Source of the DNA: Mytilus edulis
Taxonomy: Eukaryota
DNA: 64,000 nt
Direction of reading: 5' to 3'
Assembly: GCF_963676685.1 (NCBI RefSeq)
Contig: NC_092345.1
Location: forward strand, 69,502,001 to 69,566,000
Position 1 is the first letter of the stretch. Each line of letters opens with the position of its first letter. The translations under genes were made by a program, and so were the position numbers. The notes under the pieces were generated by a model that was not told the DNA's origin, searched no databases, and saw only the letters and a list, made by a program, of their open reading frames with translations. Below, in pieces: positions 26,679 through 41,500 of the stretch.

Positions 26679-29600
26679 GTAAGGCTGATAGAAAGTTTAT
26701 TTTATTTTATCTGTTTAAACGTGACTGTTGAAAAGGTATATTTTGCACAAACTTAATGGATTTATTCGCGCAAATGTGAAAAATTTCCATTATCTATTTC
26801 ACTATATTCTATATACAAAAAATAAAATATTGAAATAATCGTTTAGAATCTTCAAAGTTTTGTACAATGCAATTCGCTTATATCTTCAATAATCAGATAA
26901 ACCATACAATATAAAAAAGAAGATGTGGTATGTTTGCCAATGAGACAACTCTACACAAGAGACCAAAATGACACCAAAAGTATCAACTATAGGTCACCGT
27001 ACGGCCTTCAACAATTAGCAAAGCCCATACCGTAGTGAGCTATATAAGGCCCCGAAATGACGATGTAAAACGATTCAGATGAGAAAACTAATGCCCGCGT
27101 CACACTCCCGATTTTTACGCCGATGGCAACACGATTATGAAAATTTTCAAAATCGGGACTGATCGTATCCAGATCGGGCTATTCGTAGTGCCATCTTTAA
27201 CCATCGTAGAACCATCGGCCACTTTTTCTAGCCTTCGGGGACAACTTCGGGAAGGGTTCTAAATTTTTTAACATGTTAAAAAATCCCCGAAGGTGCATCC
27301 GATGTTGAGGGTTCGTATGTGAGTTCGTATCACCATCCTCACCATCGTAATGTCACCGGAAATGCATCTTTGAACATCGTATTGCATTCGTGTTTCCATC
27401 GTTTCCATCGGGCAGTTTTGGCATAACGATGTCTACACGAATGAATCACGAAGCTACCCGAAGGTCTTACGATGGCAACACGACTTCGTGAAGACCTCGT
27501 AATCCCGTCGTGATGCCATCGAATAAAAGTACGAAGGTGAAAAGATGGATTTACGACGGCAATAAATCCAGCTAAATGTAAGTTAATTTTCGCGCTTTAA
27601 TACATTTAAAGTGCCATGCGCGATATGCACTGGTCAGTCTAATACGACAGTTAAGAAAGACGTTCACAAAACATGGAGCTCATATCATATGATTCTATGA
27701 GAACAAGAAAGGCGACAGCGTTGTTTCTATTAATTCAAATGGAACAAGAAGAGCAGGTATTACAGGCTCGGGATTTACTTTTACAAATAAAATATTATTT
27801 TTTGTCAATTTTTCATATCAAATAACATAATGAAAATCATAAACGCGCCTCGTATACCAACACTGCAGGTACACGTATATAGGGAAACCAACTTTTTCTT
27901 CATTATTCTGATTTTTTATGTATCGTCTGAGATGTTGTCACACGAATGTTTACTCCATAAACATTTTGTTTTCTATATGTCATATTTTGCAGCATTTGTT
28001 GCTTTCCCCACATCCTTCCTTTAGTCTATATTATTATGATATTCTCCTGGAAAGAGCTGTTTTTGAATAAACCCATTACCTTACCTTTAAGATAGATCAG
28101 TAAACATGGGCATAATTGTGGGTGATTATTCAGACTAGTGCACACATTTTACAGTTCAAACAAGGCAATGCCGAGCGTGGCATCCCCTCGTATGTAACAT
28201 ATTGGGGACAAATATGGACACTATATTTGTATATGACACATGCAGAAAATGGTAAATTGAATACGCATATTTGATACATAAACTATTTTTTTTAGAAATC
28301 AACCAAATTATTCAGTAACTGGAAAGACCCACGGTCTTCCGTCTTATGATTAAACCAAAAATTAAATGTACAATATAATATATATTCAAAATTGATCAAA
28401 CAATTTAAAACGCGTGATGCCTCCGGCATGTAATTTAATGCATCGTAAGCTGTACAGACATCGTATATATATGGCCATCGTGCCATCATCGCAATCCATC
28501 GTGTAGCCTTCGTGATCAATCTTGTAGGCTTCGGCTGAGATATGAAGCTTAAATACCGTCTTCGGTTAACCTTCGTATGTCCATCTTTTGTTATCGTATA
28601 TACTTTCGGTACCCTCGTATAGACTTCGTTATTCATCGTACTTGCTTCGGTCACTTTTTGGTATTTTAACGAGATCGGGACTAACTTCGTACGAACTTAC
28701 AATTTTCGCATTCGGGTGTCCATCGTATATAAAAATCGGGACAGTGTGACGCGGGCATTCGGACTAATTAACACAAAACACGAAAAACAATTATGTGACA
28801 CATAAACAAACGACAACCACTGAATTACAGGCTCCTGACTTGGGACAGGCACATACATACAGAATATGGCGGGGGTAAAACCTTGATCAACGATCAACTT
28901 TTTTTAAAAAGGGACGTTTTAACCTACCCAAGTCTTATTAAGTGTTTCCTAACGCAGGAGATCAGTTTGCTCCTCTGTATTTGGCTCTGTTTCGTCATCA
29001 GGAACTACACGTGTGCTACTTTTAGTGTTAAAGGTATATTCAGTGTCAAAGTTACAAGTCATTGGGTGGTCTGTCCAATGCTTTTCTAGACGGTGTAATA
29101 CATTTTTGCAGTCACTACGATGTGTGTTAGGCTATTCCACACTTCCACTACTCGGTTAGTAAAGAGTATTATTAGTAAAATAGTGTGCTAGTGACCTAAT
29201 ACGGTATATATGGAGTTTACTGACCACATATATTCCGTATTACGTCACTAGCACACTATTATGACTATAACGAATTTATCTTACCGATTATCTTAACGTG
29301 TAAAATTTAGACTTGTGATCTATCAAAATGAGCAAGCCAGTCTTCAAAACTATTAGCATTAAGAAACTGCTACCATTGGTCCTACAAGGCCAACGATAAC
29401 AACTTGTTAGGTTTAAATGTGTTTAATGAACTTATTTCAATCTTAATCATCAATTTCTTCGTCTGTTGAAACTTTAAGATATTTTTCTCAGTTCCGTTTT
29501 GTTTTTATAATGAGACTTAGCACCACTACTAACCGTGTATGAAATAAGCCCCGCCTCCCTACTAGCCTAATATCAAATATACACGGTCTTCGCGCGGACA

Positions 29601-32505
29601 CTTTTAACCAATCACATTCCTAGAAATGTATAACCCCGTGAATTCCGGCATACGTCCGTGAACTTCGGCACGGGTTACATTAAAGTCTGTAGGTCTATAA
29701 TCGACACTATGGCTGCTTTAAACGCAAGACCGTATAAAAATATATACAAATTTATTAACACAAGTTTACAGTTCGAAAGCTAGGGGAAGACTGCCCCAGC
29801 AACAGTTTACAAATTATAAATTAATTCAAAGATAAGGGTATTAAAACATGAAAAGGTTCGTATAAAATATAAATATACATGTCCAATGTTATGTAATAAT
29901 AATAGGATAATTGTCCTCCGGCTAAACTTTATAAAATAGCGATACATGTATTATCTCTCACACTCTTGACAGCCATCGGATTAAGTTGTAAAATAGTAAA
30001 TCTATAATCTCTTTGGATATTTGAAATAAGAAACATTATGTTTAAGAATGAAACAAGAAATATTCAGCTAAAACTAAAAGGAGAAATATTCAATTTAAAA
30101 CTAAAACGAGAGTTCATAGAAATATCAAATCTTAAACGAGAGTTCATATCAATATTCAATCTAAATTGGGAGTTCATATAAAGCACTTTTCGAATTATGG
30201 TAAAAGTTTCCAACGTCACTTTTCTTCCGGTTATAAATGTATAGGAGGTAAGATAATATCTTATGTCTAATCTGTCTCTATTTCTAACCAATATTATTGA
30301 GTTGCCTCTTGTTGTCGAGCTTGTATTACGAATGAATAAACCTTATGTATACTCGAGTCATATACCCCTGTTGTTAATTTGTAGGTTCCTATCAATTCGC
30401 CTCTTAGCCTTCTCAGTTTTAAAGTAGGAATTTCATAATTTCAATGGTTCTTTGTATGACTGATTCTTGAGGTTGGGTAACATTGTTGTTGCTCTACGTT
30501 GTACATTTACAATTATCTCGATAGCTTTCTTTCTGTGTGGGTTTCATACAGTACTATCATATTCAAGATGAGGACGGGCTAATGCCTGACATAGTAGACA
30601 GAAGCTTTTATAGTATAGATATTTAGAAGTTCTTCTAATAATTCAAACTAGTTTTTGCTTTGTTGACTTGTGTCTGTATATGTTACTCCTACATCTTTCT
30701 CTGATTGAACTGTTTCTAGTGTGATTTCAGATCCGTCGTATGTCGACATTTAATACGTGCTTTCTTGCACATAATTGTAATTGGTAGAAAAGTTTCAATT
30801 TCGCTATGTAAAGATCTATACAGTGTCGAATCATCTGCAAATATGCATTTTATTCTACTTATGGAAGAAAACATTGATTAGTTATAAAGACTTCGAGAAT
30901 GCTAAGACATTGTTAACGTCAACGGACACAAATAAATTGAATTAGTACAGTATTAATTTATTTAATTGGGGAGAAATGTGCTTATTAACAATAGCACATG
31001 CTAAATGCTTAGTACGAATCAAGTTGCGAATTCATGTTTTAAATGGCAATTTACTCAGTGCTTTTAAATATAGTAATCTAATTTTGTACACTGTAAAAAT
31101 CGTGATTAGAAATTAAACACATGTATTACATGTTTATTTCTAATCGTGTTTAGGATTGTATTTAATATCTAACCAAATGTTTAAGTGAGAACATTAAATG
31201 TGAAAATGTTTTGAATTTGAACACTTTTAAAAGTGTTTTCTATTCTCAAAAAATCCTAAACACAATCATAAACACAACCTAAATATGTTTAGAAGAGGGA
31301 CAAAAGATACCAGAGGAACAGTCAAACTCATACTGAAAACGCCATGGCTAAATATTTAAAAAAAAATAAAGAAGTAAAACTGCTACACGTTTAGATCAAA
31401 ACGTGAAGACCTAAAAGTAAAAAAAAAATGTACAAAAGTTTTGTTTTGAACTATGTTTATATTCTAAATACTATTTTTTACAATATTTATACAGATTTGC
31501 CTTTAAAAGCTGATTTTTGCAGGATGGGTAAAAGCAACAATAGTATTTCATATCTTTGGGATGTTCGGAGGAGCTGTTTGTCTGTTATTTACCATATTTA
31601 CAATGTGTGTCTCGAATTTCAAGTTTCACACTAGAGTCCATCACGCCATTTGGATAAGCAGTGCACTTACAGGTATTATTAAAATTTATTTTATCGCATA
31701 TGTTTGTGGACATTGATTGGTATCGCGTCATTCAACACATTAGACCGAAAACATATACAAGAGGGTTTTTCTACGATTAAACATCTTTAATTATATATCG
31801 TGCAATTGATTTTCTGAAACTCAATGGATGCCCTCATTAACGAATAAATAAATGTACCGGAAGAGAATATATGCGTCAATGCAAATCGTGTATCAAAACA
31901 AAACAAAATCACATGAAAAACGTATTTACAGTCGCGATTTAACCTAAGCTTTTTAAACTTTTATAACCAACAAGTGCATACATATACAGAATATACGTAC
32001 ACAATAGATATAAAAGCATAAAAATCACACACCATATATTTCAAGCGCAGTAAGGCATAGCTAAATAAGGTAAACGCAAAAATACACATCGAATGCATGC
32101 ATGAATTAGGATTGAACACTTAGCTTAAATAGTTTCATAAAACAGGAAATGAATAAAACAAAGACGAAGGAAAACTACTGGACTTTCATTTCCAGACGGA
32201 CAGAATCAGGGTGCATCGAAAACGTTAGCGTATTCTGTTGTGTATTCATTATATATAGCCGCCATAAAATCCAGACAAAAACGTGTCAAGAAAGGAAAAA
32301 ATAAATTTTCATAGCAAACCACTTTCCTGGTATTTTAGAATCCAAAAACCGTTAACCCTAACCCTAACCTAAAAGAGTTATACCCGTAGCCAGGGGGGGG
32401 GGGTTCGGGGGGTTCGTCCGAACCCCCTTGAAATCAAATAAGCACTATTTAAGTCAACCTTTTGTTCAAATTGTGACTGTTAAAGTCGAGTACATGAGTC
32501 CAACG

Positions 32506-32536
<31 letters not shown>

Positions 32537-35500
32537 TGGAAATTCCTGGCTACGGGCCTGAGAGTGTTTTCCTGTGTTGAAGATTGTTTGTTTGTTTGTG
32601 TTCAAATAATTTTGATATACGTTGCACATCAGTGTCCTTAATAACGTTCATAAAAATTAAAAGTTGGAGTCATACAGAAACACACAAGCAACCATCTCTT
32701 TGTTTAAATGATTCGTAAAGAAAACCTTTATATATTAATGCTAAAAAACATATCTTTCTTAAAATGTTGCAGTTTTTTGTCTTGCAATTAGTGTGGGGAT
32801 ATTCAGTGCAAACTACCACAAAGAATCCTGGTTGAGCGGACATTACACATCTGCTGGTTTTCATATTACTGTCTGTGCATGTGTTGTATTTTTAGCTATA
32901 TGTGTAGCTATGCTTATTTTTAGTTTTCAGGGTAAGTACTCATCAGTTAATATACACTTGTTTATAACATACTCGTTTTAATAAATGTATGAACGTATTT
33001 CAATCATATGAAAACTATTATACAGTAGTCAGTACCAGTCATTGACTTGTTTTGAGTACACATCAACATATATATATATACATGCCGAAATTGTTTGGAT
33101 TTAAAGTTTTTGTTCTCCCGCATCGGCTTTCGAACCCGTGCGTCTGTGACATCGTGGTAACACCTTCTGCAACAGGTACAGCACATCAGACCACTCGACC
33201 ACCACATAAATATAACGCTTTCGGTGTTCGATGTAAAGTCTTTCCTAGATGGTTTTATCTAAGGTTGTTCCCAATACATGATGTATCGTGGCACGACGAT
33301 TGTTTTCATTCTAGATCAAGATGAAAGGCCGTCCGGGATGAAGTTTGATGAAATTTAGACTGCCATTGGAAATTATGGTATTTGGATAGGGACGGAAATT
33401 AAACTTGCAATAGACAACCTACGGACCCCTCTAAGAGTTGTTGCAAGTGTGGCACCCTCCTTTCACGAGACATCGACTTTAACATCCCAATTCTAACCGG
33501 ACCTTGCTCTTTACGTGTACATCCCACACGGACAGACGGACGCCCACACGGTCCGTCATAGAATTCTCATATGTTTCATACACTTCTTTTCCATTACTAG
33601 TACTATTACTTATAATTTTTAATTTTGTGTAAGAATACGAAGATTCACCTGTTATATTGTACTTTGTAAAAAAAACACTCTATCATAAGTAGAGATGGCT
33701 GCCGTCCTTTACATCCAAAGACACCAAAAGGTAGAAAGTAGTTCATATAAGTATATATAAAGATATAACTAATGAACATATATTTAGACGAAAACTGCTA
33801 TGATATTCCTATTGATGTCATATTTTTATTCAGAATCTTCACTGATCCTCTGACTCGGCATCATTCCAGTGAATGTTTTTTCCGATCACTACAACTTTTA
33901 TACAGATAAAGTCGTTGTTGTTGTGGTCCGACTGTTTGAAGTGTTAGACATGGTTTTCAAAGAAAATATTAGAATGAATTCTTCAGATATAATAAAAAAT
34001 ATTTTTTAACTTCGACCCACATATCAGTCTAAAGATGTGAACAACGATTCTAAAATAAGTTATTTTTATACGAACATTATGTTATAAACTCATAAAATAT
34101 TTCGCCTCAACAAATGGGTTTCTTTAGTCACAATATTTTTCCTGCATGTAACAATAAACGTACAATGTGAATCATTTATGTGTAAGTGAATGAGCGTACT
34201 CTCAGTCCAAACAACCCGTACAGAAACACCCCAATGGCCACTAGAGTGAAATCAACAAGACAATCATTATCTTCCAGTAATCAAACAGTCGGACCACAAC
34301 TACAATGACTTTAACTGTATAAAAGTTGTAGTGATCGGAGGAAACATGATTCAACATGTAATAATAAAAAAGTATAGAATTCTTAAGTTAAAAGAATTAA
34401 AAAGATTTTTTGATTAAGGACCAACATCAAACAATATGGTATTAAAAAAGGGTATTTTGAATTTTAGACCACAACAGAGTGCAAGACATTTCTAATTACA
34501 TGACACCAATCAACTGGACAAAATACAATCAAGATAGAAGTTTAGAAGCTTGGCTTTCACATATTGATCCTAAATTGGACAAAATAGAAATCAACGAAGC
34601 ATCAACGAGAGAAAAAGACGCAATAGTGCAATTGATAAGTCGTACATGGAAACCTCATTTGGCTGGCAAAGGTCGTGACGCGCAACAAAGAGGATATTCG
34701 CAAATGAAAGTAGTTAAGGTAGAAAGAATAGAAAATCCATCTCTTTTCCTGAAGTATGCTCAGAATAGACACGATTTACTTCGTCGTCTTGACACTACAA
34801 ATCGACCATTTAAATTCCCTGGAATGACACAACATGGACCAATCGAAACAACTGTAAACATGAACAAGAATGTATTTGCAGATATATATCCTGAAATAAA
34901 TGAGCATTATTTGTTCCATGGTACCTCAGATGCTACAGTCACAGCTATTGCTTATGGTGGCCTAGATGCACGTTTAGCAGGCGATGGTATGTTTGGGCGA
35001 GGAATTTATGCGGCAGAATGTCCAACGAAGAGTGACCATTATACAGGTTATATTTTATTTTTCTCGTTTGAATTGTTTAACATTCGTAATTTCGGGGTCT
35101 ATTTAGGCTATTGTAGTTTGTTTTGCGGTATGGGGTTTCTCATTGTTAATGCCGTACGGTTACTTATAGTTCCTTACTTCTTGTGTCTTAAGTAGAGATT
35201 TGTCTCATTGGCAATCATACCACATATTCCTAGAGTCTAGACATAGATACAAGTATCTTGTCTTGGGAAGGGATAAATCATACCTTGTAAAGAATCACTC
35301 TGATTCAAACAAAAAATTCTCTGAAACTGAAATTATCAAGATGCTTGATTTTGACAACATAGTTGTTACGATTGGAGGACGTATTTTTCAACAGACTGTC
35401 GGATTTCCAATGGGAACCAATTCTGCCCGTCTTCTTGCCGACTTGTTTCTTTATTATTATGAGGCTGACTTCATTTAGTAACTTTTTGGAAAAAAGATAA

Positions 35501-38500
35501 GCAGTTGGCAATATCCTTTAATTTTACGTTCCGCTATATAGATGATGTTCTCTCACTGAATAATACAAAATTTGGTGACTATGTTAAACGAATCTATCCC
35601 ATCGAACTAGAGACAAAGAATACTACAAATACAGTTAAGTCTGCTTCATATCTTGACTTGCATCTAAAAATTGATAATGACGGTCGGTTGAAAACAAAAC
35701 TTTACGACAAAAGAGATGATTTCAGCGTCCCAATTGTGAACTTTCCATTTTTATGTAGTAACATCCATCAGCGCCTGCATACGGAGTACATAGTTTCCAA
35801 ATTGATACGATATTACCGGCTTGTATTTTCTATCATGATTTCCTTGATAGAGGATTGCTGCTCACAAGGAAGCTATTAAACCAAGAGTTCCAAATGGTGA
35901 AGTTGAAATCATCCCTTCGTAAATTTTACGGACGCCATCACGAGTTGGTTGACTGTTATGAAATAATCGTTTTACAGATGATATCGGATATGTTCCTTAT
36001 GTCGTAACTACAATACCCTTCCCTTTTCACGAATGTGACCCACCGAATAAAACTATTTGCTGGATTTGTTTTTTTTTTTTTTTTTAACAACATTATATAT
36101 TTATTCATCAAATATGCTTGTTACATTGTTACACCAAGAAACCAAGCTTTTCTTAATGCATCCTGTAATATTCCACCGATTGCCCAGGTTAGCAATCAGC
36201 TGCTGGTATATATGTATATATTATAATAATATGTATAAATTTCTTGAAATACAATTATACAACATTTTAATACATTATGTTTTATTCTATCAATCGTCTA
36301 AACTTCTTTTTAGTGACTTTAGTAATGGATTAAGTTTCATTGTTCTGTTTTCGTTGTATCTTTTTATGTATTCTCGAACAAAAATTTGATAAACATTTAC
36401 CTTTGTCAATTTCTGATTAGATACATAATATGATTTGTATATGGAAAAACCTAAGATTGTTAGGAAATAATTCAGACCAAAATAATTTTTGTCAAAAATT
36501 TTATATCCAAAGACTAATTGCTTTAATGATACTCTATAATTTAAATTTGATTTTATCATTAACTCATGAATACTTTTCCAAAAATTTTCTAAAAATCGAC
36601 AAGAAATAAAAAAGTGGTTGTAATCTTCTTCTTCGTTACATACATTACATAGATTGTCATTCGTCTGTTTAAACAATAATTGTTTTGTTGGTAATATGAA
36701 TTGTAAAAATTTCCATCTATATATTTTTAACTTATTTTCTTCTAAATAATGAAACATGAAAACATATAGTTGGTTAATACTAAGGTTTTCATTAGTTTGT
36801 AAAATACGCATCCATTTGCTAACACCAATTGATGGTTCAGTTTTATCTTTACAAATTGACTTATATAATATATTTGTTGAAAAATTTGAAGCCTCAATGT
36901 AATTACCTTTCCAGATTAGTTTCTGTCTAGGAATATTTACAATACTTTTAATAGAACTCTCAGACTGTAACATCTGAAGCCAGTCTTTTGGAATGGCTTT
37001 TTTTTAAATATTTATTTCTGCAATCCAATTACTCTTGCATTCTAATTTATCCAAAATAAAATGTTGAGATATATTGCCAGTGTCGTCTATAATATCATTG
37101 ACAAATATCAAGTTACTCTTAATCCAATTTTCAAAAATAATAGTTTTATTTTTAAAATTAATCTGTTTGTTCCCCCAAATTACCTGTTTCCTTACTTCTG
37201 TGAAGTTGGTAGGTTTTTTTGTTTGTCCACCGCCTGATATTACCCAACATTTAAATACTTCTCTATAAAATTCAGGGATATGTTTGATATAGTCCAGAAT
37301 TTTCTTCTTTTCAAAATTCATCTTAAAAATTAATCAATTAATACCAACCACGCTGAGATATTTTAATGGAATCAACTTCCAGTTTGAAATATCATTACTA
37401 ATGAGTTTACTTACCCAAGATGCTTTTAGAGACATAAAATAACTTTGTATGTCGATCATTTGTAACCCCCCTTCTTCGTTTGACTTTATCATGGTATTTC
37501 TTTTAACCTTATCTGGTTTACCATCCCAGATGTATTTATAACATTTACTTTCTATTTCTTTTCTGAATTTCTCCGGAACTGTACAGGCACTTGCCAAAAA
37601 TGTAAAAAGTGGTAAAACTAATGTTTTTATAATAAGAATTTTCCCGATTAAAGTTAAATTACGTTTCCCCCATGAATGAAATAGTTTATTCATTTTCTCA
37701 ATTTTATCCTCCCAGTTTAATTTTTCACATTCTTCTCTGTTATGACCAAAATATATTCCCAATGCTTTGACTGGTTTGTTTGTCCAATTAATCTCAGCTA
37801 CCTTATCTTTACTATTTTTCAGTTTTCCTATCCATATACCCTCTGTTTTATTTTTATTCAAAGTTAACCCAGAAAATGATCCAAAAATTTCTATTTCATT
37901 CATAGCAGCTTTGATTTCTTTCTTATTACTGAGAAATAAAGTAGTATCATCCGATAATTGTGAAATTTTAATTCTATGATTTTTATTATCTAGTTTAACT
38001 ACGAACCCTTTGATATCTCTGTTTTTTTCGAAGTCTTAAAGCCATGATCTCCACGGATAAAACGAAAAGAAGAGCTGATAAGGGACACCCCTGCCTTATT
38101 CCTCTTGAGTTATGAAATATTTCTGAAATCCATCCATTATTAATAACACAAGTTTGTAACCCAGTATATAATGTTTTTACCCAGTTTATAAAAGATTCAT
38201 TAAATCAAAAATGTTTCAAAGTGATTAACATAAAATCCTATTCTAAAGAATCAAAAGCTTTATTAAAATCTACAAAAACTATTGCCCCTTCAATCGAATA
38301 TGCATCCGCATAATCAATAATATCTTGAATTTGTCTCAAATTAAAACCAATAAATCTGTTTTTAATATATCCTGTTTGATCTTCATTAATAATTTTTGGT
38401 AGTATCTTTTTTAAACGTTGCGCTAGAACAAATGACAATAGTTTTAAATCTACATTTAGTAAGGAAATTGGCCTATAATTATCTAATAATAAATGATCCC

Positions 38501-41500
38501 CCTTTTTGAATAATAATGTCAAAATACTAGTACGTTGTGAGTGCGATAGACTTCCTTTTTCATTACCAGTGTTTAAAACTTTGACTAGAAAATATCTTAT
38601 TTTTTCCCAAAACATCTGATAAAATTCAACTGTTAGACCATCTAGCCCTGGTGCTTTATTTAATTTCATTGTATTAATAGCTGAAGTACATTCTTCAATT
38701 GTTACTTCTCCGTCACAAACTGATTTGTCAACATTATTTGAATTATTTTCTAATTCAGTTTCACAAATATAATTTTCGACTAAATCTTTTTTTTGACATT
38801 TAGAACTGTACAGTTTTTCATAGTATTGTTTAATTTTTGTTAATAAATCGGCCTGGTCTGTTGTTATATTTCCATTCTCGTCACTTAGTTTATTTATCGA
38901 CTTTTTTATCTGTCTTTGTTTTTCTAAACCTAAAAAATATGCATTATTTTTTTCCTCATATTCAACCCATTTCTCCCTTGACCTAACCTGTGCGCCTCTA
39001 GCTTTCTGTTCGTATATCTTACCTATTTTTAGTTCTAAATCTTTTATTTCTTCGTCTAAATATGCATCTTCCTGTGGTAATGCATCTCTTAACTTATTTT
39101 TCTCTTCCAGGTTTTTTTTCTAGTTCCCGACTTAATTCTCTGTTTGCCTTTGCTTTATTCTTACAATATGCTATGCTTACCTCCCTTATTTCTACTTTTA
39201 AAACGTCCCACAATAATTGACAATCGATATTATTATTTCCATTAGTATATTTATGAATAAGATTACTGATTATCTCTTTGTATTTTTCCTCTTTTAAAAT
39301 AGAGTTGTTAATCTTCCAATATCCCTTACCTCTTTCTGACACACCAGTCCTAATACTTAAGAAAACGCTTTGATGATCAGTAGAATTAATTACAGCTGGT
39401 TTAATTTTACAATTTTCTACTAATGACTTAAAATCTGAGCCAATTAGTATCATGTCTATTCTACTTGCCTGAGTTTTATCTCTCCTCCGCCATGTATATT
39501 GTTCAACGTTTGGATTCAAACATCTCCAGATATCGATTAGTTTGTTTGATTTTAACATTAATTTCAAACTATTTACTGGTTTTGAAATCTGGCTATTTGG
39601 TCGTGTTGTTTTTCTATCTATAACATGTAAAGTATCATTGAAATCTCCCCCAATAATCGGTATACCGATACCAAATTCTTTTATATTATCACTTACCTTT
39701 TTAAAAAAACGTATTTCTAGATGCTTTATAATTTGGTGCATATATACATACCAACGTAAATATTGTTTCGTCAATTTGTATATTGAGCAGAATTTCTCTC
39801 CCGTCAGCGTCTCGATTTTCATTAATAACAGTAACATTTAAACTACTCCTAATTAAAATAGCGACCCCCCTACTTGCTGTCGTGCCATGACTACAGAATA
39901 TATTAAAATCTTTCTGTATCGACATTTCTTTACTTACTTTTTCGTCAAAATGCGTTTCTTGCAAAAAGGCAATGTCACATTTATGAGCTTTTAACCATTC
40001 GATAACCCTCTCTCTTTTATTCCTATTGTTTATACCATTTACATTGAGACTACATACATTTATTAATTTTTTTTTAACCATATTGTGTTATCTAATTCAA
40101 TTTTCAAACATGTTACATAAATAAAAATACTACACTGTGAAATATATACAATACTTCTACATAGAAGTATCTCTTGTTTTCTTTTCAACATAAACATTAT
40201 AAACAATAACAGAATACTACAATTAAAATGTGTTTTGAATCCGGCATGCGAATTACCACTAGATTTAACGATGTGATACATAGCCTTGTCTGTATGTTTA
40301 CCTATCCGTGACCTTATTAATCTATTTAAATTCATGTTGAAGATAAGTTGGCCCTCTGGGCACGTGTTTTTGTTGTGTATTTTAAATAGTATCACGACTA
40401 GAAATGTTATGATTATCATAAATAATAACTGTAAAACTGACGTTTCTAATTTGAATATTAATTCATATATATTATGTGTATTGAAATTTCGACACCTTTG
40501 TGCGTATAAGTATCCTAAAAGTGTTCGACTATCAGCGTTAAAGTGGATGTTTTTGTAGCGTATTTTTGCATTTGGATTTAACACGAAACATGTCGACAAA
40601 TAAGCGATATAAGGTATTTCAATATCTTTTGACAAACAAGTGAAAATTTGTAATTGGAAGCTGGATTTGTAATAACATAAGCAACACGACGGGTGCCACA
40701 TATGGAGCAGGATCTGCTTACCCTTCCGGATCCCATTAGATCACCCCTAGTTTTGATGGGGTTCGTGTTGCTTAGTTTTTAGTTTTCTATGTTTTGTATT
40801 CTGAACTTTTATTTGTGTGTATGTCTTTTTCATTTTTAGTCATGGCGTTGTCAGCTTATTTTAAATCTATGAATTTGACTGTCCCTCTGGTATCTTTCGT
40901 CCCTCTTTCCTATTTTCACATATTTAGATATCAACGAAAAAATATGTTCCATGTCATTTTATTTAATTTCTAACACAAATCCTATCTGTTTGTCATCATT
41001 TAGATCAGAGCCTATAGATATGCAAAATTTTATGCATTTTTCAAAATACGTTTGTACCTTGAGCGACTGATATCCACCTTTTTAATTTCGATGACCGTCA
41101 TGCTCCGATCGGTTATCGATAGGACGATTATACTTCTATCAAAATTTTGAACTGACTGTAATGAATGATACTTGTATAAAAGTTGGAACGTATATATTTA
41201 CCTATTGTATTAATATTTTTAATATTTTGTAGGTACAGCTATGTCTAACCTTAAAATGATTGTTGTACGCATGCTCCTAGGTGAAATTTATGTTACCAAT
41301 GTTGCATACCCATTCCAAAGACCACCCTGCAAACAATGTATACCTGGTAATATTGATAAGTGTAACAATTCGGCTCATAAACATGACATGTTTGACTCTG
41401 TCATGGCGGCTCTTGATGGAAAGCATAGAGAATTCATAACTTATGAACAAAACAGATGTTCTAGTTATCCAGAATATATAATAACTTATAACAGAGAATG

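Noticed and set aside
31495-31634. Upstream acceptor and ORF-track frame for exon 2
   Set aside because: That frame stops at 31634 and lacks homology. The acceptor at 31522 gives the 150-nt exon matching the paralog.
32353-32371. Telomere-like TAACCC repeats
   Set aside because: Only about three units; too short to be meaningful.
35047-35195. Hydrophobic C-terminal tail on the 238-aa PARP ORF, suggesting a tail anchor
   Set aside because: It is read-through past the donor at 35046 into an intronic repeat. The domain needs exon 5 to be complete.
40063-40701. 212-aa minus-strand ORF as LINE ORF1
   Set aside because: It starts outside the TSD in the host repeat and has no recognisable ORF1 motifs.
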